Source of the DNA: Chiloscyllium plagiosum
Taxonomy: Eukaryota
Direction: 5' to 3'
Assembly (NCBI RefSeq): GCF_004010195.1
Contig: NC_057752.1
Location: 1,474,704 to 1,538,703 of the forward strand
DNA: 64,000 nt
Shown here piece after piece: positions 48,400-60,445 of the stretch (positions are counted from its first letter, which is position 1; each line of letters begins with the position of its first letter). The notes beneath the pieces are model-generated. The model ran no database searches, had not been told where the DNA came from, and worked only from the letters and a program-made list of their open reading frames with translations. A program made the position numbers and the translations under genes.

Positions 48400-49425
48400 A
48401 AAAATTCATTTTGTTTTGATGTAGGCATCGCTGGCTGGGCCAGCACGTTTTGCCCGTCCCTACTGGTGAACTGCCTTCTTAAACCACTGTAGTCCACCAG
48501 CTGTGGGTTGACCCACAATGCCAATAGGGAGGGAATTCCAGGACTTTGACCCAGTGACAGTGAAGGAACAGCAATATATTTCCAAGTCAGGATGGTGAGT
48601 GGCTTGGAGGGGAATTTGAATGGTTGGTGTTCCCATGTATCTGCTGCCCTTGGCCTTCTAGTTGGAAGTGGTTGTGGGTTTAGAAGGTGCTGTCTGAGGA
48701 TCGATGGTGATTTCTGCAGTGCATCTTGTAAATGGTGCAGTCTGTGTCAGTGATGGAAAGAGTGGATGCTTGTAGATGTGGTGCCAATCAAGTGGGGGTG
48801 CTTTGTCCTGGCTGGTGTCAAGCTTCTCGAGTGTTGTTGGAGCTGCACCCATCCAGGCAAGTGGGGAGTATTCCATCACATTCCTGACTTGTGCCTTGTA
48901 GATGGTGGACAGGCTGTGGGGAGTCAGGAGGGGAGTTACTCATCAGAGTATTCCTCGCCTCTGACCTGCTCTGTGTTTATGTGACAAGTCTAGTTAAGTT
49001 TCTGGTCAATGGTAAACCCCAGGATGTTAATAGTAGGGGATTCAGTGATGTTAGCACCATTGAATGTGAAGGGGCGATGGTTAGATTGTCTCTTATTAGT
49101 GATGGTCATTGCCTGGCAATTGTGTAGCATGAATGTTACTTGTCACTTATCAGTCCAAGCCTGGATATTGTCCAGATCTTGTTGCATTTGGACATGGATT
49201 ACTTCAGTGTCTGAAGAGTTGCAAAATGGTGCTGAACATTGTGTAATCATCAGTAAGCCTCCCAACTTCTGACCTTAAGATGGAGGGAAGTCATTGATGA
49301 AACAGTTGAAGATGGTTGGGCCCAGGACATTATCCTCAGGAACTCCTGCAGAGAAGACCTCGAGCTGGAGATGACTCACCGCCAACAATTATGGCCATCT
49401 TCTTGTGTCCAGGTATGACTCCAAC
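48400..49425 (-). mobile_element. CR1-Zenon-like LINE 3' part
   Basis: ORF 48658..48879: MEYSPLAWMGAAPTTLEKLDT. Confidence 0.85.
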
Positions 49426-49799
49426 TCTTCAATGGCCAATTAGTCACTTAGTGTAATTGGGAGTGGATAGCAAGAGCTGGCCTTGCCAGTGATGTCCATA
49501 ACCCACTTAAAAAAAAACATGACCATGGGAACTGAATGTTTCCAAGTTTATGCTATTATTGGAAGTGATTAAATAATGAATGGGTAAGAATTAAATCTTG
49601 AATTACTTGATTATCCTTACTTCCCGCAACAGCCCCATTAAATGTCTCTGAGGCATGGTTCCCAGAAAAGAAAGTCATACTCTAAATGAAAGTAGTAGTT
49701 AACCAAGGCTGCAGAAGAACTGAAGCATCATCCCTTTTCTATTCTAGCTCCCTCAGATTCCATGGACTGTTTTGTGATCACTTTTTGCACTTGTGCTTT

Positions 49800-50284
49800 C
49801 TAGTGATTTGTATATTTATGACATTTAAATCCCTGTGCTTCTCCACAGCTTTGAGGCTCTCCATTATTAAGAAAATCTTCCAATTTGACTTTCTCAGATC
49901 CAAGGTGGATTATCTCACATTGAATTACAGCTTTCTGAGTTTTGCCCACTCATTTAGTCTGACTGTGTCCCTTTTGTAATTTTTTTGCTCCGGTCAGCAC
50001 AATTTACCATGTTTGCTAACTTTTATCATCTGCCAACTTGGATACAGAACTCTCCATTCTTTTAGGCAAGTTATCAATACATATTCTGAAAAGCTGAGAC
50101 CTCTGTACAGACATCTAGGGAGTGCCACTGCTAATCAGGTTGAATCATTTCTCTGGTCTCCTACTTCCCCAACTAAGTACCAACACTTGTCACAATGTTA
50201 TCTGCAGTTCTGTGTGCTTGCATTTTATGGTAATTTTTTGAGAAGAGCCTTGTCCAGTACCTTCTGGAAGTCCATCTCGGCAGC
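49800..50284 (-). mobile_element. Old degenerate CR1 RT fragment
   Basis: Reverse-strand similarity to CR1 RT (ttttgcccactc, ccttgtccagtaccttctggaagtcca). Confidence 0.5.
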
Positions 50285-50458
50285 ATTCATTTGTCCTTTA
50301 GGGAAGGAAATCTGTCATTGTTTTACCCGGTCTAGCCTACATGCAACTCCAGATCCACAGCAATGTGGTGACTCTCAACCGCCCTCTGGGCAATTAGGGA
50401 TGGGCATTAAATACTGGCCTAGCCAGCAACGTCCATCTCCTACGAATGAATTAATTCA
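50285..50458 (+). mobile_element. SINE-like derivative of the Zenon-like LINE (5' UTR block joined directly to 3' tail)
   Basis: tttagggaaggaaatctg...cagcaatgtgg...ccctctg joined to ggcaattagggatgggcattaaatactggcctagccagc. Confidence 0.75.
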
Positions 50459-50492
50459 CTGTTGCCTGTCCATCATGCTAGTGATCCTATCA

Positions 50493-51048
50493 AACAAAGT
50501 TAAAAATCACACAACACCAGGTTATAGTCCAACAGGTTTATTTGGAAGCACTAGGTTTCCAGGCGTTTATAGGGTGAATTTGTATTTGCAGAATTATATT
50601 TTATTTTGCTCAAACATTGCATACATCCATGTAAGATTCTGTTAGTCCGACTTCAGAAATAGAACCAGTCTGACTCAGCATTGGGACACAAACAGATTTT
50701 AACCTCACACCTTTACTGCATTGTCTGAGCTGAGATGGTACCTATTGTTAGAAAAGCTGAAACTATCTTGAGGATGTAACTTAAAAGGAGATCTGGGATT
50801 TACATATTAAAGGACCAAAGCTAGCATATCCCATTCTAAAAGATTTAAGACTTAATCTAAATTTGTTTAAAATATCATTCCAGCTCCATGACACTGTAAC
50901 CCTTTTGCTATAAATTCTGTGTCATATGGTCCTGTGCCACAACCACCTGATGAACAGGCAGCGCCTTGAAAGCTAGCGCTTCCAAATAAACCTGTTGGAC
51001 TATAACATGGTGTTGTGTGATTTTTAACTTTGTCCACCCCAGTCCATC
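50493..51048 (+). mobile_element. Penelope-like terminal repeat with inverted 5' piece
   Basis: 50493-50553 is the reverse complement of ~50972-51033; degenerate hammerhead at ~50944-50978. Confidence 0.75.
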
Positions 51049-52984
51049 CTGACTGGCAAATTAAAACCAACGAGATTAGTTCGCCATACTTGCCCTTCAG
51101 AAATCCAGGTCATATTGTAGCAGTCACTCTTTTTTTGTATGAATGTCCCATTTCTGTCCGTGTTGTTGAGGTTTGTGTTTATTTTGGCAGATATGTGAAG
51201 GTGGGTCTGTCACAAGGCACCAAAATCAAAGGACGGCAATAACTAAAGCAACATAAACACTCGAAGCAAGAATACAACAACAGTGGAAAGCAAATCTTTT
51301 TTTAAAAAATTGCACCTAAGCATTAACAGAGAGAATTTTAAAAAATGAACACCTATTCAGATCAGGACTCAAAAGAAAAATCAGAATTAAGAAGTTCATC
51401 TTTGATTTTCCTCCTCTCTCTAACTCTATCTTGCATTCCCTCTCCCCCCACCCCCACCCCCAACCTACCAACCTCTTTGCTTCCGCATTCTCAAATTTTC
51501 AGTCTGTTTCCTCGCAATGGGTAATCATGCTTTCAGTTTTTATAAAGTGCTTATTTTGTACTTGAAATTGACTTATCTGTACCCTGGGTACAGCTTCTCT
51601 TGTTAGCTGAACCCAACTTTCCTCTAATCTTGCTTTGCACACACCATTCCACCTTCCTTTTCAACCCTCCTGCTTCTCCATCACCCGATTTCTTCACTTA
51701 TCCCTCCTGGCATAATGTTTAAAAAAAACAAAAGAGCATTCCCAGCGGTGTGCCCCTGGTGTGAGAAAAGTCGTTGTTATTTGTCCTTGAACTTTCTTCA
51801 GTTCATTTGTAAAAACAAGCAAATGGCTGTGTACAGTCAGAGGCAAAAGGGAAACATCCAAACCATTGCAAACACATCCTGTGATTAAGAACACTGCACA
51901 CGCTCACACTATGGGGTCTCCCTTCAGCCTGAGGAGTCAGAGCTTTAGTGAAAAACAGAGTCCAAACCCTACCTTTTTTCAGAGTCTGACTACAATGCGA
52001 CTCAAACAAACCAAACATTATTTCTTAGACTTGATGCTTTATGAAGTATCTAGAATTTTCTTTGCCGTTATCACAGTGAAACTGTTTTTCAGCAACTTGA
52101 CTGGATTTCTCTTCCTTCTGGAAATATTACTGTGCAATTTAATTGCTTTACATCTTGCAGCTATTAGAGATTTGAACAGAATTTTAATAAATCTGCACAC
52201 CAGTCAAGACAAAGTTGCATCCAGCGACAGATTACAATGGAAAGACTAATAGAACAAGTTTGCATTTGAGAAGGATGTCTGAAGAAGGATTATTCCACAG
52301 TTCAATGCCTTTGAGATACAAGGTTACACAAAGACCATTCTTTAGAATTTTAAACTTGAGAACTTCCCCTGAAATGTCACAATCTGCCCATGTCCTTGTG
52401 TACACTTGTAAGTCTGTTTCCATTGGTGGTATTTTTTCCTCTGAATCTGAAGGCGAATCAGAAGGTTGTGGATTCAAGCTGCATACCAGAAGAGAGGCGA
52501 GATTTACTGCTGCCTCAGCAAACATTTCTACTTCAATCAATCCCACCAGAAACCAGAATAATTGGCTAGTTGTGGATCTGGTATGTGGTGTTGAGAAATG
52601 TATGAGATCACACCACTAACAGTGTGTTAAGTGATTATTTAATGAAAAATTGGCAAATATTATGGACTGGCAGAATAAGGACATCTTTCTGATTAATTGA
52701 ACGCAAGGCAGTAAGCCATAGGTAACCTGCAGATTTCGCATGAGGAGGGGGAAGCCTAGGTATTATTGCTGCACTGTTACTCAAGGCAATGCATTTTTGC
52801 CCACAACAGACTCTTCGAAAATTAACTCTTGACCAAATGGTATTTAAAAACAAGATTTTCTGAGATTCATGACATTGGTTTTGCCTGTCCAATCAGTAAT
52901 TCATTGTAAAATGGGTAGCTATTGCCTCCTCCTAATAACGAACGGCTTCAAACTTGTTAATATATTCATTTCTTGAAATGCCCA

Positions 52985-53327
52985 AGGTCTGCATTAGCCT
53001 CAGACACATATTTCAGCTACAAATGACTGTGCCACACAATGGGGGCCAACACCTTCAACTTATTGTCTAGCTATCACCATTGTTAACAGCTAACCCGAGA
53101 ATGCAATTTTTTTAAGAAAAGGTTTTGTGATTTACACATGAAAGAAGTGAAACTATCACTGTATTCTAACAGATGAAAGGCTTAACAGACAATCAATTTT
53201 TCAATGTATAATTTCAGTTACATCACACTGTAAATTTTTGCTATAAATTCTGTGTGTTAGGATTGAGCCCTCCACTACCACCTGATGAAGGAGTGTCGCT
53301 CCGAAAGCGAGTGTGCTTCCAATTAAA
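52985..53327 (+). mobile_element. Penelope-like terminal repeat
   Basis: 53117-53327 is nearly identical to 62920-63128; hammerhead with a core mutation (gaaagcga). Confidence 0.8.
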
Positions 53328-53745
53328 TAGAGATGTACAGCACGGAAACAGACCCTTCGGTCCAACTTGTCCACGCCGACCAGATATCCCAACCCAATCT
53401 AGTCCCACCTGCCAGCACTTGGCCCATATCCCTCCAAACCCTTCTTATTCATATACCTATCCAAATGCCTCTTAAATGTTGCAATTGTATCAGTCTCCAC
53501 CACTTCCTCTGGCAGCTCATTCCATACACGTACCACCCTCTGTGGGAAAAAGTTGCCCCTTAGGTCTCTTTTATATCTTTCCCCTCTCACCCTAAACCTA
53601 TGCCCTCTAGTTCTGGACTCCCCCACTCCAGGGAAAAGACTTTGTCTATTTATCCTATCCATGCCCCTCATGATTTTATAAACCTCTATAAGGTCACCTC
53701 TCAGCCTCGGGAAAACAGCCCCAGCCTATCCAACCTCTCCCAATT
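53328..53745 (-). mobile_element. CR1 3' end
   Basis: ORF 53399..53671: TRGHRFRVRG, WNELPEEVV. Confidence 0.92.
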
Positions 53746-54260
53746 GCTGGAGGAATGATGCTGAGTATTATTTAAACAGAGAAAGACTGCAGAAAACTAC
53801 AGAACAGGGGGATTTTGGGAATCCCTGTCCTTATTGAAGAATACTGGAGGCAAGCCAGAGAATGTTGCCTGGGCTGATGAGCAGAGGTTGAGTAAGGTGG
53901 GCCTATACTCACTGGAATGAAGAAGAATGAGAGGTGACCACTTTGAAATGTACAAGATTCCTAGAGAACATTTTTCCTTGTGGGAGAGTCGAGGACCAGA
54001 GGCATAATCTTAGAATAAGGGGTCACACACTTCAAGCAGCTGAGGCGGACTTTCTTCTGGTAGTGCATCTGTGGAATTCTTTACCACAGAGGGCTGTCGA
54101 GGCTGGGGCGTTTACCATATTCAAGGTTGATTTTTCATCAGGAAGGGAGTCAAAGGTAAATGGAAGGAAGTGGAGTTGAGGACTATCAGATCAGCCATGG
54201 TTTCAATCAATAATGGCTCAGGCTTGATGGGCTGAATGGCCTTCTGCTCCTATGTCTTAG
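53746..54260 (+). mobile_element. Older CR1 3' part
   Basis: HNLRIRG, HLWNSLPQRAVEA; tail gctgaatggccttctgctcctatgtctt. Confidence 0.8.
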
Positions 54261-54764
54261 GTTGGCTGTGTGGCAGAGCAGGCTCTGTGCAGTGCCAGCA
54301 GAGTTCCGTGGCTCAATCAGTCAGTGTTTGAACAAGGTTACCTCGCTTGATGTTGGTGGTATTGTTGAGAACACTGGATATTCTCCCAAATGCATGACCA
54401 TCAGGAGGTGCAGAGATTCCCTCTCCCAAGCTCAGACATGCTTGATCCAGTTGTGACCAACTGACTCACCATTGATCAACAACTGAGCCAGCACCTTGTC
54501 TGTGTAGCTTCATAGTATTGGGAGTTGCTTTTTTTCCGCCCAACTAGGCCATCAAGGCATCTTCTGTCACAATTGTCAGCCATTTGCTGTAGCTTTCATC
54601 ATGCATCAACAACTTAGCGTGTTCTGATAGCTGCCACAATACCTGCCACTAGCAAAAGAAACTAGTGTTTCATCGGCAATAACTTCTGTTTCAGTTGTTT
54701 TCCAGCTTAGAAGATAAATTAGATTTTTATGTTGAGAAGCCCTGAAAACTTTCTGTCACAGCTC

Positions 54765-55070
54765 ACTGTGATTCAATGGGCACCAGTCTTGCCTCTGAGG
54801 TGGAAGACTGTGGATTCAAGCCCCCTTTCCAGAGATTTAAATGTTGAAGTCCTGGCTGACACAAGGGTAACGCTCTCCCAGTGTTGCTTTGTTGCAGGTG
54901 TTGCCTTTTTCTGGAGACATTACACAGCAGCAGCAGCACCCAGCACTACTTTAAATAAGAGCAGGAGATGTGCTGGTGTAGTTGGCCAATGCTGATCCCT
55001 CAACCCCTGAAAGTGGTTTTGTCATTGTCATGCTGCTGATTCTGGGACCTTGTTTGGTGTTGCGTAATAG
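54765..55070 (+). mobile_element. DeuSINE (degenerate)
   Basis: cttgcctctgag, gtggattcaagccc, ggccaatgctgatccctcaacc. Confidence 0.55.
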
Positions 55071-55899
55071 CAAAAAAAAAGTAATTGTCAATATTTTGAG
55101 ACATTCTGAGATTGAGGTCTTTTTTTAAAGAAAAGCTTTTAATATATATATATATATGTGAATTACTAAAGAATCTTTTCAGCCTAGTTCTAATAATCAG
55201 CCTGATCTTGTCTTTAAATTTAAATTGCTGGGATCTGGGCTCCATTCCTGTTTCACTCAACAAGCCCTTCCCTTCCGCTACTGAGTGTCCTTGCTGTTTG
55301 GTGACAACCTCGCAAAGTGTAGACCCCCTTCAACTGTTTACCTAAAGTTTTTTTTTTACAATCCTTCAATAGCGAGGGCAGCATAACAGCTGTGCCCAGT
55401 CGTAACCACACACGAGCATTTTCCAGCAGAGGTCATTGACATGTGTTCAGGGACCTTGGTTGCTTTTAACCCTATTTATTCAGGACAGGGGTGGCGAGGG
55501 TAATCGGAGTTCCCAATGAATACCCCCGCCCAGATCAGCTCACCAAGCACAGGGCAAGGATTGAGATCTTAACACATTTTGTGTATAAAAGCCTTCACCA
55601 AGGTCTCGGTTTGTCGCGTGATAGTGATTTGAGGTCAATTGTCCATTTTCCTTTTAAAAGAACCGCATTGTTATTGCAAAGGTCACGGATTGAAATTAAC
55701 ACCACGACATTCATTCATAATTTTCTTTCAAACAGGCGAGCTTCATTTTATCATTGATTCCGCGTTTGGGTGATCCGGATTCCAGTGAAGTCCTGTTCAA
55801 CACTTAAGTAACTCTGTAGGAAACTATTTATTTTTAAAACTGTCAATAAATACAATTAATTCGCACTTTCCCATTAGGTAAACTATGCATTAACTCCAA

Positions 55900-56284
55900 C
55901 ATCAACAGCAGTGTAAGGCATGTCAGTTTTCTCGAGTTCAGTGTGTTTATAAATAGAGATCCATGTCCTAATAGTTTATAATAATACCTTGTGTATTACT
56001 GTACTTGGTGTTAATTTGATAAGCATGTCTGTTCGTGGGCTTTCAAGTACAAAATAATCTCGTGAGGTGTGAAAGGGTTACTGGAAGGCTGTCTGACTTC
56101 TGGGAGAGACTGTGTGTTTGCGAGAGAGGGAAGAGGGAGTGTTTCACCAACACTTGCAGTGTTCAATAAAGTGGTAGCGGTGCATTTCGCCTCCTGTAAA
56201 CACGAGGTCGCACCGAGATTCAGTCAGTTCCTCTCTGTCAGGCTGGGAAAGCGCTTCTGCGGCACCAGAGGTGTGCCCTCAGAA
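55900..56284 (+). promoter_or_regulatory. Putative ITGA7 proximal promoter and 5' UTR
   Basis: Non-repeat, CpG-retaining sequence directly upstream of the ATG; TTATAAATAG at 55947-55956 fits both TATA and MEF2 consensus. Confidence 0.5.
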
Positions 56285-56445
56285 ATGTCACCTCTGCTGT
56301 GCGTGTGCTGTCTGCTCCTGGCAACCCGGAGCTCGGCTTTTAATCTGGAGACAACCAACACGATCGCCAAGGAAGGAGAAACAGGCAGTTTGTTTGGATT
56401 TTCCGTGGCGTTACACAAGCAGACGACCCCGAACGTACAGAGCTG
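56285..56445 (+). CDS. ITGA7: Integrin alpha-7, first coding exon (signal peptide and start of beta-propeller)
   Basis: MSPLLCVCCLLLATRSSA|FNLETTNTIAKEGETGSLFGFSVALHKQTTPNVQSW vs human FNLDVMGALRKEGEPGSLFGFSVALHRQLQPRPQSW; phase-2 donor TG|GTGAGT; adjacency to BLOC1S1 favours ITGA7 over ITGA3/ITGA6. Confidence 0.93.
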
Positions 56446-57375
56446 GTGAGTTGGAAGTATACTGTATTGACTTTGCAGTGTCTGTTATCCGCGCCAGTGT
56501 CTCCTATTGCTGGTTCAGGCAAGAGCAAAATTGCAGATTGACCACCCCATTGTTTGTTGTATCACTAGGAAGAATATTTAAAATCAGGAAAGTAGAATAT
56601 TTCCAGGAGACACCTCTGCCAGAGCCAGATGAACGGTTCAAATGTTTGTCAACAACTCTGTCTTAATATCAACTTCCTTTTGAATTCAAAAAATGTATCT
56701 CTGCGAGTTTCCAAAAAAGGCAATGCTTGCACTTCTCGACACGTCCCAACTCATTTTGTATCCAGAATGAAAAGTCGTTCTCATATGTTGACTGTTAATG
56801 TGTGCAAAATATTAGTCAATGATCGTGTTCTATTTTGTTGCGCATGTAACTGTGAGACTTGCAAAGTGCCAGAAGGGGATATAGTGTTTAGTAATTTTAC
56901 TGCATCGTTAAAGTTGGAGCTGGGCAGCACACACACTTAGAAGGTTGATTTATTCATTGCACTTGATATATGAGTGCGTGGGATCTTACAGATTGCACGA
57001 AGTGGACAAAGCATTGCTTTATCCCGCGTTAAAAGGTCGGCACAGTGACGGAGGGGGCTGTCTGGCCCATTGACTGCCTCCAGCCCTCCTCCCCAATTCG
57101 CTTCATGATCCCAAAATCTGGGCGTCTTGGTGGGACCAGCTCATGAATTATTTAAGGCGTGCTTGACACACATCCACACACACAGCAGGCCAACAATTCC
57201 ACAACTCACCAGCCAAGCCAGGGCTGAGATCCCTCCAAACTGAGTGGGGACGCAGGAGGAAGCCGTTCACTGTATTTATTGTCATGCTAATAAATCAAAT
57301 ACTGCACCCACTTCGTGGGGGAATCTGAACTCAAGTTGGCCATCCAGACTTTAACATCTCAACACCGGACCTTTT

Positions 57376-57890
57376 ATAACAGCAGCTTGCATTTATAGAA
57401 CGCCTCTGGTTCCAATAAAATATTCCAAGACGCTTCCCAGCAATGTTCTCCAACAGAATTTGATACAGAGCCACATAAGAGGCTGTTAGAGCAGGTGAGG
57501 GAGGTTTTATAGGAAGAGCCAGAAAGGCTCTTGTGGCACAGTGGTAGTGCTCCTACCTTTGACCCAGGAGGCCCGGGTTCAAGTAGCACCTTCTCCAGAG
57601 GTGTGGCACATCCTCTCTGAACTGGTTGGTTAAAAGTACCGAAGGCAGAGTGGTGGGATTTTTCACGAGAGGGATTGGGAAGAATTCCAGCATTTAGAAA
57701 GCACCGTTGCCACTGGTGGAGTGATAATGTTGGGGGTGAGCAAGAGGCCAAATCTGGAGCATTTTACGGCTGAAGGCAGGGTGGGGGCAAGGGCCATGGA
57801 GTGCTTTTACAGCCAGAATAGACATTTTAAGAATAAGGCGTTGTCAGATGAGGAGGCAATGTAGGTCAGTAAGCAGAAAGATGATGGACC
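57376..57890 (-). mobile_element. L2-type LINE 3' end
   Basis: gcttgcatttatagaacgcc tail; gggaagaattccagc; ggccatggag...ttttaa; caatgtaggtcag. Confidence 0.55.
57528..57636 (+). mobile_element. Short tRNA-derived SINE
   Basis: A box gtggcacagtggt, B box gggttcaagt, A-rich end. Confidence 0.55.
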
Positions 57891-58728
57891 CTGGATCCCT
57901 GGCACTGTGAGGCAGCAGTACTAACCACTGAGCCACTGTGGAAGATTTAAGAAAAATAGAAACATAGGACTTGGGAGTAGGAGTCGGCTGTTCAACCCTT
58001 GGAGGCTGTGCTGTTATTCAATGAGATCATGGCCAACTGGTGTGGTCTCAACTCTACTTTCCTTTCTGCCCCATAACCCTCGGCACCTTTATCTATCAAC
58101 AATCTAACGAACTCAGCCTTGAATAAATGGAATGACACAGGGCCCTGTCTGGGGAAGAGCATTCCACAGCTAACAAACCTCTGAGAGAAAAATATTGTCT
58201 TTAAAAAAGGGAGATCTCTTATTCTTAAACTGTATCCTCTAATTCTAGTCTCTCCCACAAGAGGAAACACTTCCCCACTATCCACCCTGTCAAGTCCCCT
58301 CCAGATCTTGTATATTTCAGTAGGGTCACCTCTCATCGTTCTAAAAGGTAATGGGTATAGGGCCAGCCTGACCAAGCTTCCTTGTAAAAGAAGCCCTGCA
58401 TCCTAGGACTGCTTCGATTGCAATGACATCTTTTTTCAAATAAGGAAACCAAAACTGTATCCAGTTCTCCAGATGTGGTCTCAATTAGGCCCCGAACAGC
58501 TGTGGTAAAACATCCCTATATTCTGTTTCCCTTATGATCGGTGTCAACAATTTAATTGCTTTCCAATCACTTGCTGTATCTGCACACTAAGTTCATGTGA
58601 TATATGTATCAAAACTCCTGGATCCCTCTGTACCACTGAGTTCTGCAATCTACAGCTTTCCCTTATGCTTGTTTATTTTTCCAAAGAACTTTAATAAATT
58701 TGTTCAAAACAAATCTCTTTCACAAAAC

Positions 58729-59048
58729 GGGGCGGCATTGTGACTCAGTGGTTAGCACTGCTGCCTCACAGCACCAGGGACGATTCTGGCCTCAGGTGAC
58801 TGTCTGTGTGGAGTTTGCACATTCTCCCCGTGTCTGCCTGGGTTTCCTCCAGGTGCTCCGGTTTCCTCCCACAGTCCAAAAATGTGCAGGTTAGGTGAAT
58901 TGGCCATGCTAAATTGCCCATAGTGTTAGGTGCATTAGTCAGGGATAAATGTCAGGTCAGGGAATGGGTCTGGGTGGGTTATTCTTTGGAGGGTCGATGT
59001 GGACTTGTTGGGCCGAAGGGCCTGTTTCCATACTGTAGGGAATCTAAT
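58729..59048 (+). mobile_element. HE1 SINE
   Basis: Canonical head, body and tail. Confidence 0.9.
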
Positions 59049-59144
59049 TTTTAAAAAAACCGTGTTGACTTTGCCTGACTCCATAATGATTGGCTAAGTT
59101 TTCAGTTATATTGCCCTTAATAGATTCTAGCAAATCATGTTGAT

Positions 59145-59700
59145 GTTATATGAGATGTTAGTGTTGGTTTTCTGGAATACTGTGTCCAGTTCTGGTTACC
59201 CTACTGTAGGATGGATATCATTAAATTGGAGAGGGTTCAGAAAAGATTTACCAGGATGTTGTTGGGAATGGAGCCTTTACATTATAAAAATAAGCTGAAT
59301 AGACTGGCACTTTTTTGACTGGAACTTAGGAGTCTGAGGGATGATCTTATAGAGGTTTATGAAATCATGAGGGGCATAGATAAGGTGAATAGCAAAGGTT
59401 CTTTCCCTAGGGTGCAGGAGTTCAAAACTAAGGGCCATATTTTTAAGGCGAGAGGAGAAATGTTTAAGGACATGAGGGGCAACTCTTTTTTTGCACCGAG
59501 TGGTTCGTGTGTGGAATGAACTGCCAGAGGAAGTGGTGGATGCAGGTACAGTTAGAATATTTAATAGGCACTTGGATAAGGCCATGAATAGGAAAGGTTT
59601 AGAGAGACATGGACCAAATGCAGGCAAGTTGGACTCATTTAATTTGGGAACATGGTCAGCACCTGTTTCTATGCTGTATGACTCTTTGCCAATGACTCTA
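59145..59700 (+). mobile_element. CR1 3' part
   Basis: ctggaatactgtgtccagttctgg (LEYCVQFW); RVWNELPEEVV. Confidence 0.9.
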
Positions 59701-60287
59701 GATGTGGGGAAAACTGGGCTCCAATTTCCTGCTTTCTGTTTCCCCCCTTTCTTGAATAAGGGTGTTACACTTTCTCTTTTCTAATCTGCTGTGGTATTCC
59801 AGAGTCGAAGGAAATTGAATTGGTTATAGCCAATGCCTCGACCATCTCTGCAGCCATTTCTTTTAAGACTCGAGGATGCAAGCCATTTAGGCCTGGGGAT
59901 TTATCAACCTTTAGATCAAATATTTTTCCTGGCACTTTGATGGTGATAATTGTATTATGTTCCTCCTTTCCTTTCATGTCTTGGTTTTCAATCATCTTCG
60001 GAAAGTTTTGTAAGTCTTCTACAGTGAAGACATACATAAAATGTGCAGCATTTCTATTGTTTTCTTGTTTTCCATTATTAATTTCCCGCTCTCTTTCTCA
60101 GAGAACTGGCACTCACTTATTCATTTCTTATTTAAGAACTCTTACTCAGTTTTTATTTTGCTGGCTAGCTTGCTCTCTAACTCTATTTACTCCCTCTGGA
60201 TGGGTCTTAAAATCTGCTCAATGTTCGGACCTGGTGGAATGGAAATCAATGCAATCTGAACAGGAAGAGGCCATTCAGCCCCTTTGA

Positions 60288-60445
60288 AGGAGGAGAAAGT
60301 GAGGACTGCAGGTCAGAGTGGAGGGTGTGGTGCTGGAAAAGCACAGCAGGTCGGGCAGCATCCGAAGAGCAGGAGAATCGACATTTCAGGCATAAGCCCT
60401 TCATCAGGAATTCAAACGTTGATCCTCCTGCCCCTCGTATGCTGC
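60288..60445 (-). mobile_element. Penelope-like terminal fragment (partial fold-back)
   Basis: ggagaaagtgaggactgcag, gctggaaaagcacagcagg, gcccttcatcagg. Confidence 0.8.

Larger units (their letters stand above)
57955..60235 (-). mobile_element. Older CR1 (57955-58728, 59060-59135, 59700-60235), interrupted by an HE1 SINE and a younger CR1
   Basis: ORFs 57992..58375 (FPLVGETRIRGYSL) and 59765..60037 (DKSPGLNGLHPRVLKE). Confidence 0.8.

Noticed and set aside
50013..50645. 210-aa plus-strand ORF
   Set aside because: Runs across three unrelated TE fragments (CR1, SINE, PLE).
56069..56284. 72-aa upstream extension of the ITGA7 ORF
   Set aside because: The track starts it at GTG; the ATG at 56285 gives a normal signal peptide before FNL.
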